Assembly (NCBI GenBank): GCA_964365955.1
Contig: CAYISA010000002.1
Span: forward strand, 23,329-87,328
Origin: an uncultured Candidatus Saccharibacteria bacterium
Lineage (GTDB): Bacteria > Patescibacteriota > Minisyncoccia > UBA6257 > GWB1-50-10
Reading direction: 5' to 3'
Length of the DNA stretch: 64,000 nucleotides
The stretch's first letter is position 1. Each line of letters begins with the position of its first letter. This document shows positions 49,805-58,993 of this stretch, piece by piece. The notes under the pieces are model-generated. The model was not told the DNA's origin and did not search any database. It saw nothing but the letters and a program-made list of their open reading frames with translations. The translations under genes were made by a program, and so were the position numbers.

Positions 49805-50506
49805 ATGGGCAATCTTGTGGATGGGTTGGGACAGCTCTTTATGAACTATCCAGCGTGGCGCCTTGCAATTATCGGTGGAAGCATGCTGATTCAGGGCGAA
49901 CTCGCGGTCTTGGTGCTTATGTATTTCGTCCTCAATCATTTCCTGACGTTCCAGGAATTCGTAATCTCGGCGCTCGGAACCGTATTTGTGGCTGAACTAT
50001 TCGTTTATTTCTTTGGACGCATGATGCGCGGCACACGCTTCGGATGGAAGTTTTACCGCAAAATGAAAGGGAATCGTCGCGTTCAGTTGTATTCTTACTA
50101 TCTCAAAAAAAATATTGGTAAATTATTGGTCATCGCAAAATTTTTGCCCGCCACCAGCGTCCTTTCGTTGCTTCTGACCGGATGGACGCGCGTACGATTC
50201 GGTACATTTTTAAAAGCGTATACCAAAGGTCTTCTGTTTTGGTTCGGAAGCATGACGCTTATCGCGTATTTTTTAATGAGCGGCGTAACATACTTAAAAA
50301 CTTCACAATCCTTCCGAAGCGTGGAGATTGTGATTGGGGGACTGTTCGTGCTGATTTTCATCGCGGAACATTTTATAAAAAAATCCATGAATGCGCGTTT
50401 TAATCTGGAATCCAAGGCGGAAATGATTGGAAAAGCGGTGGAGGAATGGGAACGGAATACTCCGGAAATAAAAAACCCCGCGGACGATGACGTCGTGCAG
50501 GGTTAA
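49805..50506 (+). CDS. DedA-like membrane protein
   Basis: QGE, YFFGR, AKFLP, TM pattern. Confidence 0.7.
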   Translation: MGNLVDGLGQLFMNYPAWRLAIIGGSMLIQGELAVLVLMYFVLNHFLTFQEFVISALGTVFVAELFVYFFGRMMRGTRFGWKFYRKMKGNRRVQLYSYYLKKNIGKLLVIAKFLPATSVLSLLLTGWTRVRFGTFLKAYTKGLLFWFGSMTLIAYFLMSGVTYLKTSQSFRSVEIVIGGLFVLIFIAEHFIKKSMNARFNLESKAEMIGKAVEEWERNTPEIKNPADDDVVQG

Positions 50507-51312
50507 GAAGAGATCAATTTGGCATACCGAAGCACTACGATGCGATACATTTTCCCGTTATATCGATCAAGCGCCGATCTTTGCCGCGCAAGTTTCTTTG
50601 CCCATCCGTGCGCGCGAAGATAATTCGCCGCGCTCGCGAGCGCATCGCGTTCATTAAAGAGATCGAGATAACCATCATTGCTCCCATCAACCGCAAAAAC
50701 AAACGAGCAGGGGCGAAATTGAGTGCGTCCCCACGCTCCCGCAGAAGATCCCGTAAGAGAAAAAACGTCCACGACGTCTCGGCGCGCGAGCTCTAGAAAA
50801 CAAACCAGCTGATTAAATTCTTCCAACTGTTTTTTTCCGGTGCGCATGAAATATCGAGTATAAAGCGCTTGAAGCACGCTATGAGTTCCAAGATAGCGTC
50901 CGAAATTCGTCTCGGCGCGATACACGGCGGTAATGACCGCCGCATCAACGCCAAACTCTCTCTCGAGTGAGTCAAGGAATTCTCGCTTTTCAGCAAAAAA
51001 TCGCTTTCCTTCTGCAATCGAAGTGTCGGTAAATAAGAACGAGTAGTCGCTTTTTCGCGGTTTCCGATACAGGAGCGTGGAGTCAATCTTGCAACGCGAA
51101 TCCGCAAAAATCTTCTCGACATACATACTATCCGTCGCTTGCGCCAGTTTGTGTTTTAACATTTCGCGCTCTTTCAAATAGATTCGTTTGCTTTTTGAAA
51201 CGCGCATCTGATTATCTTCCGCGCGCGCACGCGGTGGGCAGGAAAGCGCGGACCACGAAAAAATCAGAAGCGCCACGATGTACCACAAAAATCTTCGCAT
51301 GCCATTCTCCAA
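50503..51312 (-). CDS. lytic murein transglycosylase (MltB/SLT_2-like)
   Basis: AETNFG, GSSAGAWGRTQF, DALASAANYL, RYN; start may be ATG 51300. Confidence 0.85.
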   Translation of the reverse strand: MENGMRRFLWYIVALLIFSWSALSCPPRARAEDNQMRVSKSKRIYLKEREMLKHKLAQATDSMYVEKIFADSRCKIDSTLLYRKPRKSDYSFLFTDTSIAEGKRFFAEKREFLDSLEREFGVDAAVITAVYRAETNFGRYLGTHSVLQALYTRYFMRTGKKQLEEFNQLVCFLELARRDVVDVFSLTGSSAGAWGRTQFRPCSFVFAVDGSNDGYLDLFNERDALASAANYLRAHGWAKKLARQRSALDRYNGKMYRIVVLRYAKLISS

Positions 51313-51395
51313 ATAAGTTGTTTAAGTTCTACTGTTAGAATACTCCGCATTTTCTTTTTTCGCAAAAAAATACCCCGCACGTGGCGGGGGGCGGA

Positions 51396-51809
51396 TTAAA
51401 AAAAATCAATGCCGTGGGAAACTACCTGATAATAATTCCACACAATTACGAATGGATAAATCATGTTTATGCCGAGAAGGGCCTCGGGAGATCGTTTAAA
51501 AAGAAAATAGATAAGCGTGTTCAACACAACGAGCCGTGTAAATACCATACCAGCCATTCCCAATGTTTTGAACAAATAGTAAGGAATGAGCGAACCTTCA
51601 CATTCGAAACCGAATACACTTATCAACCGCGAAGTGCTATGAATATCGAGGACGGAAAATAGGACAAAAGAAAAAAAGAACCAAGGGAACACTTTTTTGC
51701 CCACTAGAACCGGAAATCGCGCTACGAAAAATTCCACAAATGCCACAATGATCATCCACGCCCCAATCAATCCCAACAACACAGGGATAAAACGCAGTAT
51801 CGATTCCAT
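51396..51809 (-). CDS. hypothetical membrane protein
   Basis: Several TM segments; AAGGAG SD; own promoter and hairpin. Confidence 0.65.
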   Translation of the reverse strand: MESILRFIPVLLGLIGAWMIIVAFVEFFVARFPVLVGKKVFPWFFFSFVLFSVLDIHSTSRLISVFGFECEGSLIPYYLFKTLGMAGMVFTRLVVLNTLIYFLFKRSPEALLGINMIYPFVIVWNYYQVVSHGIDFF

Positions 51810-51929
51810 AACAACTCCTTCTGTATGAAATTGTGAAATAGTTTGCTGATTTTTTTATACTCCCCAAAACCGTTGAAGTCAAATAAAAAGCCCCCCGCAA
51901 CTGCGAAGGGGCCATTTGAAACCGCTTCT

Positions 51930-52571
51930 TTATACTTCGACTTCCGTCGTTGGTCCAACAAGGAGGCAAATTTGCCCATCCTGAACTGTCAAAAATCCAG
52001 ACGGTTCAAGCGGAAGAGCAGTATCTCCGATCTTGTTGCCACCCGCATCTCTCTTCCATCGCAGGACTCTCGTCCCGTTGGACTCGAAAAGCGAAACCCG
52101 CCCCTCAAGATTGATGCTCGCGGCGAATTTCCCCGGGACAACCTGTTTGTCTACGAAGAGCGGGTTGATATACCCGCGAACACGCCAGAGCGCTGCGGCG
52201 CAAATTTCTTCAAATGCGTCTCGCAAGACATCGCGTTCCGCGACGAAATTTTTCGAGCAGGTTGCCCAATTTTCCGGCGCGAACATGAAGCGCGTGATAA
52301 AGTGATACTTTTTGGATTTCGGATCCTGCATTTGCCGACACCACGCGCCAACCATGACGAATCCGATTCCCTCAAGTTGATTTAGAAAATCAGAAACGGA
52401 GATGTTTTCGGTCATCTCAAACACCTCCACTCCCTTGATGGATTCTTTGTTCGTGGGAGGTCGCTCTGGTTCCCATGGAATCGCTTGTGGAACATCTTTC
52501 TTCTTGGCAAATCTAAATTGGATGCAAATGAGTCCCACTTTCGCAGAACTCTTGGTTGATGCGTCGTCCAT
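51930..52571 (-). CDS. hypothetical protein
   Basis: 213-aa ORF with SD-like AAGGG, own promoter and hairpin. Confidence 0.65.
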   Translation of the reverse strand: MDDASTKSSAKVGLICIQFRFAKKKDVPQAIPWEPERPPTNKESIKGVEVFEMTENISVSDFLNQLEGIGFVMVGAWCRQMQDPKSKKYHFITRFMFAPENWATCSKNFVAERDVLRDAFEEICAAALWRVRGYINPLFVDKQVVPGKFAASINLEGRVSLFESNGTRVLRWKRDAGGNKIGDTALPLEPSGFLTVQDGQICLLVGPTTEVEV

Positions 52572-52619
52572 GACGTTTCCCTTCTAAAATGTGAATGGAA
52601 TTGTTAACTTTCTGCTATA

Positions 52620-52649
52620 AGTATAGCATAGTCGACACTATTCTGTCAA
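52620..52649 (-). promoter_or_regulatory. sigma70-type promoter
   Basis: TTGACA-N18-TATACT with TGn extension. Confidence 0.7.
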
Positions 52650-52705
52650 TAGCCAAAACGAAATGAAAACCGGGGGGTATTGATTTCCTTCTTTTCGTTC
52701 AGTTG

Positions 52706-52777
52706 TGCCGCGGGGGTGAATCGAACACCCTACGCCAGCCTCTTCAGGGCTGCGCTCTACCAATGAGCTACCGCGGC
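52706..52777 (-). tRNA. tRNA-Phe(GAA)
   Basis: Cloverleaf, CAGCC-CTGAAGA-GGCTG; CCA not encoded. Confidence 0.95.
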
Positions 52778-52846
52778 GTTTCTTAAAGCGTTTCTTCTAT
52801 TTTTAACGCATTCCCATTATAATCAAGATAGGATCTTCGTCAAAAC

Positions 52847-53551
52847 ATGGAACCAACCACCATCCTTTCGGTATATAATCTATCGGTCACGCTTGGACAT
52901 AAACGCATCATTCATGATGTTTCCTTTTCGGTTCAGCCCCAAGAAGTGGTGGCAATTATCGGCCCAAACGGCGCCGGCAAATCCATACTGGTAAAAACGC
53001 TAATCGGACTGACTGAAGCAACGTCGGGAAAAATCGAATGGCAACCCGGCACAAAAGTGGGATATCTCCCCCAGCGCTTTCATGTGGATCATTATCTCCC
53101 CATGACCATCAAAGAATTTCTGGATCTGAAACCGAAACGCGCATTTTCCATTCATGAAGTGCTGGAGCTCACCAAACTGGATACGTCATGGCTCAAACGT
53201 CCGCTCGCACATCTGTCGAGCGGTCAGTTGCAGCACGTTCTGCTGGCATGGGCGATTTTGGATAAACCGCAACTTCTGATTTTCGACGAACCGACCGAAA
53301 ACGTGGACGTCGTCGGGCAAGAATCTATTTACACGCTTCTCCATAATCTCCAGGATACGCTCGGCATCGCGATGATGATCGTTTCGCACGATCTGCACGT
53401 GGTGTATCGCTACGCGAATACCGTGATCTGTTTGAACGGAAAAATGGTCTGCTACGGAGCGCCCGAAACCGCACTCACCACCGATAAACTTTCGGAGCTC
53501 TACGGCAACCACGCGTTTTTCCATCATCATCATTATAAAAACGAAGAATGA
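52847..53551 (+). CDS. znuC: Zn/Mn ABC transporter ATPase
   Basis: GPNGAGKS, GYLPQ, LSSGQ, FDEP, VSHDL, His-rich tail. Confidence 0.85.
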   Translation: MEPTTILSVYNLSVTLGHKRIIHDVSFSVQPQEVVAIIGPNGAGKSILVKTLIGLTEATSGKIEWQPGTKVGYLPQRFHVDHYLPMTIKEFLDLKPKRAFSIHEVLELTKLDTSWLKRPLAHLSSGQLQHVLLAWAILDKPQLLIFDEPTENVDVVGQESIYTLLHNLQDTLGIAMMIVSHDLHVVYRYANTVICLNGKMVCYGAPETALTTDKLSELYGNHAFFHHHHYKNEE

Positions 53552-54321
53552 CAAACACCTTATTTCCTCTCATTTTGGGTTCAGGAATCCTGGTCGCCAC
53601 CGCAAGCGGTCTGGTGGGATCATTTTTGCTGTTGCGAAAAATGACGCTCCTTTCGGACGCGCTTTCCCATATTGCGCTCCCGGGGATCGCGCTCGGAGTA
53701 CTCTTCCATTTTGAGCCACTGCTCGGAGGCGTTCTATTCTTATTCATCGGCGTATTTTTTATCTGGGCGATCGAGCATAAAACAAAGCTCGCGGTAGAAA
53801 CGATTACCGGCGTTTTGTTTGTCACAGCGCTTGCGGCGGGCTCCTTTCTTATTCCGGAAGAAAATCTTTTGGAGACATTTTTTGGAAGCGTGACGCGCAT
53901 CACCGTCCCCGAGCTCATACTACAAGGCGTCGTCGCGCTGCTCATTATCGCGGTCATTATTCGTTTTTTAAAACCACTCGTCCTTTCCTCCATCGCGCCC
54001 GACCTCGCGAGAGCAGAGCGTCTTCCCGCCTCTTTTCTGGAATTTCTCCTTTTGACACTCATTGCCTTTACCATTGCGATCGGCATCAGCTTCGTGGGGA
54101 TTCTTCTGATGAGCGCGCTTGTTATCATCCCGGCTGCGTCCGCACGGAATATCGCAAGAAATTTTCGCCAGTTTATCGGATGGAGTGTCGTCTTTTCTGT
54201 TGCATCGCTCACCATCGGTCTGTATGCGGATGCCATCTGGCATTTCGGACCGGGAACAGCAACAGTTTTCACGGGAGCATTCTTTTTCATACTTACGCTG
54301 TTCGGCAAACGAGATTATTAA
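53548..54321 (+). CDS. znuB: Zn/Mn ABC transporter permease
   Basis: DALSHIALPG, FFGS, GILLMSALVIIPA. Confidence 0.85.
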   Translation: MTNTLFPLILGSGILVATASGLVGSFLLLRKMTLLSDALSHIALPGIALGVLFHFEPLLGGVLFLFIGVFFIWAIEHKTKLAVETITGVLFVTALAAGSFLIPEENLLETFFGSVTRITVPELILQGVVALLIIAVIIRFLKPLVLSSIAPDLARAERLPASFLEFLLLTLIAFTIAIGISFVGILLMSALVIIPAASARNIARNFRQFIGWSVVFSVASLTIGLYADAIWHFGPGTATVFTGAFFFILTLFGKRDY

Positions 54322-54322
54322 C

Positions 54323-55036
54323 ATGACACCCGCGTCATCACCGCTTCTAGCCCGGGCGGGCGTAAACACCATGATGATTTCCGACGTGCACTTGGGTTCT
54401 CATGTGAGTCGGGCAAAAGATTTGCTTGTAGAACTCAAGAAATACGACTACCGCCGACTTATTTTACTCGGTGATGTTTTTGATAATTTGAATTTTAAGC
54501 GTCTTACGAAAGATCACTGGGCACTCCTTTCTTATATCCGCGATCTTTCGGAGCCTGAAAATAATGTCGAGGTAATCTGGGTGCTTGGAAATCACGACAC
54601 CCCGCTTGAAAATTTCTCGCACTTCATTGACGCGAACGCGGTCTCGGAATATCTATGGGAGCACTGCGGCGTAAAACATCTTGCGATTCATGGGCATCAA
54701 TTCGATAGTTTTTTGCGTCGCAATAAATTCATTAGCGGCATCGCCAGTTGGGCATTTCTTACCGTCCAGCGGGTGAGCGGCGTAGATCAACGCCTGGCGC
54801 GTTTTTTGAAACGCTTGAGCAAGGGGTGGCTCCGACTTTCGAAACAAATTGCCCGAAAAGCGATAGAGCGGGCTGAATCCAAGGGCGCAAGCATCGTCTT
54901 TTGCGGGCACACGCATAAATCCATGACCGAAACAGCGGGCGGCATCCGCTACTTCAACACGGGATCCTCAACCGATATCCCCGGATATTACATTACGATT
55001 GGGAACGCCGGAGAAATTACGATACACTCTTATTGA
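54323..55036 (+). CDS. calcineurin-like metallophosphoesterase (LpxH-like family)
   Basis: SDVHLG, LGDVFD, GNHD, HGH, GHTH, NTG. Confidence 0.88.
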   Translation: MTPASSPLLARAGVNTMMISDVHLGSHVSRAKDLLVELKKYDYRRLILLGDVFDNLNFKRLTKDHWALLSYIRDLSEPENNVEVIWVLGNHDTPLENFSHFIDANAVSEYLWEHCGVKHLAIHGHQFDSFLRRNKFISGIASWAFLTVQRVSGVDQRLARFLKRLSKGWLRLSKQIARKAIERAESKGASIVFCGHTHKSMTETAGGIRYFNTGSSTDIPGYYITIGNAGEITIHSY

Positions 55037-55758
55037 TGGAACTGAACCAGGAACTTTCTATCGTAGTTCCGACAAAAGACGAAGAAACGCAGATCGGGCG
55101 TCTGATTGATTCGCTGCGCGGACAAGACTACCCCCGTCTTTCTCAAACCCCCATTTTTATCGCGGACGCTCATTCGACGGATCGAACCTGCGAAGTTGCG
55201 CGCGAACATTCCGAGGACATTCTCCTCTGGTGCATTAAAGGCGGACTTCCCGCAAAAGGACGGAATATCGGGGCGCGCCAAACCAAAAGCACCTACATTC
55301 TTTTCATTGACGCCGACATCACGCTTCCCGATCCACGCACCATTCGGCTGGCACTCGAAATCGCGAAAAAAAGAGGGTATGCATGCATCACTACGATGAT
55401 TCGCGCAAATAACGGTGACTGGATCGATAATCTTTTTTACGGAGCCGGAAATCTTCTATTCTGCATCTCAAAGTATTTTTCTCCTTTTGCATCCGGCATG
55501 TTTATGCTGTTCCGCCGCGACCGGTTTGAAGAAATCGGGGGGTTTGATGAAACCGTCACATGGTCCGAAGATTACGTGTTGACCCGCAACCTTCGGGCCT
55601 CGGAATTCCACGTTCTTCCCATTTATGCGGAAACGCCGAATCGCCGGCTCGAAAAGTTGGGACACTGGAAATTTTTGCGCATGATGATTGGGAGTCTTCT
55701 GCACATATGGGGAATTAACTATTTCCGCCGCGCCGGAAGGAAGTATTTCGATAAATAA
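55036..55758 (+). CDS. GT2 glycosyltransferase
   Basis: SIVVPTKDEE, DAHSTD, FIDAD, GGFDE, SED. Confidence 0.88.
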   Translation: MELNQELSIVVPTKDEETQIGRLIDSLRGQDYPRLSQTPIFIADAHSTDRTCEVAREHSEDILLWCIKGGLPAKGRNIGARQTKSTYILFIDADITLPDPRTIRLALEIAKKRGYACITTMIRANNGDWIDNLFYGAGNLLFCISKYFSPFASGMFMLFRRDRFEEIGGFDETVTWSEDYVLTRNLRASEFHVLPIYAETPNRRLEKLGHWKFLRMMIGSLLHIWGINYFRRAGRKYFDK

Positions 55759-55782
55759 AGAACCGCTCATTTGAGAGCGGTT

Positions 55783-55989
55783 TTATGATGACAGTGGCCA
55801 GCGTTTTGTCGTGGTGATTTCGTCTGTGGATTTTTTAAACCCTCGGGCAAGATTTTTGATGCCGCGACCGATCTTAAACAAAAGATCAATTGCAACGACA
55901 ATAATTGACATGAAAAGCGCTACCACGAAAAAAAGGAGCCAACCCAACGGTCCCATTCCTTTCGATATTTTCGGCGATACTGCTTCCAT
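55783..55989 (-). CDS. small single-TM hypothetical protein
   Basis: TM helix, GAGGG SD, upstream TTGACT-N16-TATTCT. Confidence 0.5.
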   Translation of the reverse strand: MEAVSPKISKGMGPLGWLLFFVVALFMSIIVVAIDLLFKIGRGIKNLARGFKKSTDEITTTKRWPLSS

Positions 55990-56070
55990 CTGTCCCTCTT
56001 GTGGTTAAACAAAAAAACTATCTTTAGAATACTCCGGAGCAAAAAGAAGTCAAGGATGGGTCTATTTTTG

Positions 56071-56142
56071 TGTCCCCGCGAGGAATCGAACCTCGATCTA
56101 CTCCTTAGAAGGGAGTCGTTCTATCCGTTGAACTACGGGGAC
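56071..56142 (-). tRNA. tRNA-Arg(TCT)
   Basis: Cloverleaf, ACTCC-CTTCTAA-GGAGT. Confidence 0.95.
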
Positions 56143-56224
56143 GATAATTTGACTTTATTACTATATTAATTTATCGTGGAAAAAGCAATTCAAAACATAA
56201 TTTCCCAAATAAAAAAGGTGGCGT

Positions 56225-56422
56225 ATGTTGTTGAGCAAGAAAGAACGCGAAGAGATCATCCTGGCACAAATAGACAACCTTAAGGATTCTCGATGGGCTG
56301 CGGGTGCACAGATCGAGGCTGCAAAAGCTATCGCATCACTACTGCAAGCGGAAGCATTGGAAAAAATTGGTGAGGAACTCCATTTACTTGTGGGAGCGCT
56401 AAAGACAGGCAGGCAACAATGA
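56225..56422 (+). CDS. small hypothetical protein
   Basis: AAGGTGG SD, upstream TTGACT-N17-TATCGT. Confidence 0.55.
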   Translation: MLLSKKEREEIILAQIDNLKDSRWAAGAQIEAAKAIASLLQAEALEKIGEELHLLVGALKTGRQQ

Positions 56423-56526
56423 GAAAAGGGGCAAAGAAGTCTCAACCTGCGTCCTGAAGTGTAATAATAAAAAAGTGTTGCCGCACCTTGAGTGCGGCTT
56501 TTTATTTTGGTAAGCTGTGGAAGTAA

Positions 56527-56600
56527 CGGGATGTGGTGTAACGGTAGCACGCATGCTTTGGGAGTATGTAGTCCGGGTTCAAATCCCGGCATCCCGACCA
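56527..56600 (+). tRNA. tRNA-Pro(TGG)
   Basis: Cloverleaf, CATGC-TTTGGGA-GTATG, CCA encoded. Confidence 0.95.
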
Positions 56601-56698
56601 GTTCAGACGTTTTGAAAATTTGACAAAAGTAAAAAACACGCTACAATAAAAAGTGTAATTTAACAATTTCAACATTTCATTATCGAAAGGATTTTTGA

Positions 56699-57067
56699 AT
56701 GCAGCAGCAAGCGCTTACCGCAGAAAAAAAGGGGGGGTTTCTCATAATCGTCGACAAGGAATGCCGCGAACTTGAAAAATGCATCGAGGAATTGGGAGTA
56801 CGGCTTGAAGAAGTGCGAGATGACAGTCTGATCCCTATCGCACATGCGCCGGGAGAAGACGGGGCAAATATACAAGCAAAGGAAAGTATCGCACTACAAA
56901 GAAAGGCAGTGGTCTTGCGTTACAAAGCTCTACAGAGAGCACGACATGCGCTACGCACAGGAACCTACTACGGTGTTTGCTGTTCTTGCAGGAAATTCGT
57001 GGATTTTGAACACCTCAAGGAAGTACCCGAGGCAACTCACTGTGTGTCTTGCATAACCCCAAGGTAA
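56699..57067 (+). CDS. DksA/TraR-like C4 zinc-finger protein
   Basis: Coiled coil then GTYYGVCCSC...L.EVPEATHCVSC. Confidence 0.75.
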   Translation: MQQQALTAEKKGGFLIIVDKECRELEKCIEELGVRLEEVRDDSLIPIAHAPGEDGANIQAKESIALQRKAVVLRYKALQRARHALRTGTYYGVCCSCRKFVDFEHLKEVPEATHCVSCITPR

Positions 57068-57104
57068 TGCCATCCGAACCGCCTCAATATTTATCGGGGC
57101 GTTT

Positions 57105-57713
57105 TTATTGTAGCGCTTGGTCGAACGCCTGCATTTTTACGTTGAATTCTTGATTGATTTCGTTGATGCGTGTTGCCTGCTCGTTTGCTGCCTGAAGCGC
57201 CATATCGGCAACCGCGCGATCCGCAACAGATCCCGTCGCGATGGTTTTCCCTAATTTTTCCAAAAATATATTCAGTTTCTGTGTGTAAAGAATAAACTCA
57301 CTTACCAGCGATAATTCCGTAGAGATTGCATCATACGCCCGTCCCCGCAGTTCGGACGCGCCCATGGAAGAAAGCGACTCCGCAAGACGCTGAAGATGTT
57401 TGGTGAGCTCGAACACCTGTGCGTACGCTTCCTGATTCGACGCATTTGCTTCCCGAATAAACGTGAGCGCACGCTCGGCATCTCCCGCAAACTCGCTGTA
57501 ATTTACGGCGCGAATTTTGTCGCTTGTGTAGTTCGTCAAATCCACGATTCGTGCGCTTACCCCGGCCGCTTCTTTTCGCGCTTCCAAAAATTCAGCCGAA
57601 ACGCCGCCAGAACGCGTGGCGCGCACGATAAAATAGATTCCGAACGCAACTATAACAATTCCAAGAAAAATTCCGATATTCTTTTTTGCTGTTTTCCCGC
57701 CTAAAATACTCAT
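57105..57713 (-). CDS. membrane-anchored helical hypothetical protein
   Basis: N-terminal TM followed by amphipathic helices. Confidence 0.7.
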   Translation of the reverse strand: MSILGGKTAKKNIGIFLGIVIVAFGIYFIVRATRSGGVSAEFLEARKEAAGVSARIVDLTNYTSDKIRAVNYSEFAGDAERALTFIREANASNQEAYAQVFELTKHLQRLAESLSSMGASELRGRAYDAISTELSLVSEFILYTQKLNIFLEKLGKTIATGSVADRAVADMALQAANEQATRINEINQEFNVKMQAFDQALQ

Positions 57714-57835
57714 AAATGATTACGCTCCATCATACCAACACCTTTCTATTTTCTCAATTGTCAGATTGAAAAAGAGTTGCGCGCGCGCATTTTCCCCGTT
57801 ACTATAGTAATCACAGAGGGTTACTCGTTGGGGAG

Positions 57836-57906
57836 GCGGGATTCGTATAGTGGCAGTACGTGACCCTTCCAAGGTTAAGGCGCCGGTTCAATTCCGGCAT
57901 CCCGCA
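57836..57906 (+). tRNA. tRNA-Gly(TCC)
   Basis: Cloverleaf, TGACC-CTTCCAA-GGTTA. Confidence 0.93.
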
Positions 57907-57940
57907 CAAAATATGGAAAAAATAGCGTTACACACCGTTA

Positions 57941-57966
57941 CGAAACAAAGTCGCAATTTTATCGTT
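57941..57966 (+). promoter_or_regulatory. putative autoregulatory ECF promoter
   Basis: CGAAAC-N16-CGTT, 7 nt before the ECF ATG. Confidence 0.55.
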
Positions 57967-57973
57967 CTACTTC

Positions 57974-58537
57974 ATGAAGGAAGAGGAGTTGCTCGTTAAA
58001 AAGGCGCAAGAAGGGAATGCGGACGCGTTCGGAAAACTCTACGACACGCATATGCCGCGGATTTTCCGTTTCATTGTCCTCAAGGTAGGAGCCAAACACG
58101 ATGCCGAAGATTTGACACAGCAGGTTTTTATAAACGCGTGGCAACATCTTCCGAATTTCGAGTTCAAGGGATTCCCTTTTTCAAGCTGGCTCTACCGCAT
58201 CGCATCGAACGCCGTGATTGATTATTACCGAACCGCGCGACCAACCTATGACATCGAAAAAGTTCCGGAAGAGCTGGTGGCACGAACCGCGGCGATGGAA
58301 AATGAACTGGATCACTCGTTCGGAATGGAGACGATCAAAATAGCGCTTGCGAAACTTGATCCCGAACACCAAAACGTGCTGATTCTGCGATTTGTCGAAG
58401 ACAGGAGCACAAAAGAGATTGCGGAGCTGATCGAAAAAAGCGAAGGAGCGGTACGCGTGATTCAACACCGGGCGCTCAAAACGTTAAAATCAATTGTCGA
58501 TGGAAAACAATATCGTTCTACAATTAAAGAGGCTTAA
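57974..58537 (+). CDS. ECF RNA polymerase sigma factor
   Basis: AEDLTQQVF, FSSWLYRIASN, EIAELIEKSEGAVRVIQHRA. Confidence 0.93.
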   Translation: MKEEELLVKKAQEGNADAFGKLYDTHMPRIFRFIVLKVGAKHDAEDLTQQVFINAWQHLPNFEFKGFPFSSWLYRIASNAVIDYYRTARPTYDIEKVPEELVARTAAMENELDHSFGMETIKIALAKLDPEHQNVLILRFVEDRSTKEIAELIEKSEGAVRVIQHRALKTLKSIVDGKQYRSTIKEA

Positions 58538-58988
58538 GACAATCACGCCAGACCCCGTATGGAACGCGAACGCGCGGCGCGTGGTTTTGGCATCCCGTGA
58601 AATTTTGCGCGCGCCAATCTCGAGTGGAATGCGATACCGCTTTTTGTGGTTTGCGGCTCCCGTTCTGGCACTCGGGGTCATCGCTTTTGTCATGCTCCCC
58701 ACTTCATTTTTGCCGGCGGAAGACGGCGGTCTTGCGGCAAATGGAGCGCTGAACCCGCAGAGTATCGCGCAGGAACTGAAAGGGTTTTCTATCCATGTAC
58801 AGATCAAAGAAATTCGCTACCAGGAAACGGCGGATAACGCGGTCGCAACCGCACTTTCCGAGATCACTGACAGCGCCACGCAACATTTAAGCCCTTCCCT
58901 TTTAAAATCTGAAGAGGCCAACGCGTTGAATCTTACGAATCCGAAAAATCCGTCTATCGATGAAATGTTAGACACCGTTATTTTCTAA
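58500..58988 (+). CDS. putative membrane anti-sigma factor
   Basis: Overlaps ECF 3' end; single TM. Confidence 0.55.
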   Translation: MENNIVLQLKRLKTITPDPVWNANARRVVLASREILRAPISSGMRYRFLWFAAPVLALGVIAFVMLPTSFLPAEDGGLAANGALNPQSIAQELKGFSIHVQIKEIRYQETADNAVATALSEITDSATQHLSPSLLKSEEANALNLTNPKNPSIDEMLDTVIF

Positions 58989-58993
58989 GCCCG

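Noticed and set aside
54323-55036. Calling the metallophosphoesterase lpxH and inferring lipid A synthesis
   Set aside because: Motifs are family-wide and no other lpx genes are in the window
56161-56592. ORF 56161-56592 and ORF 49261-49470
   Set aside because: They run through tRNA genes
49257-57906. tRNAs as integration sites of a prophage or island
   Set aside because: No integrase, no duplicated tRNA 3' end noticed, no phage structural genes
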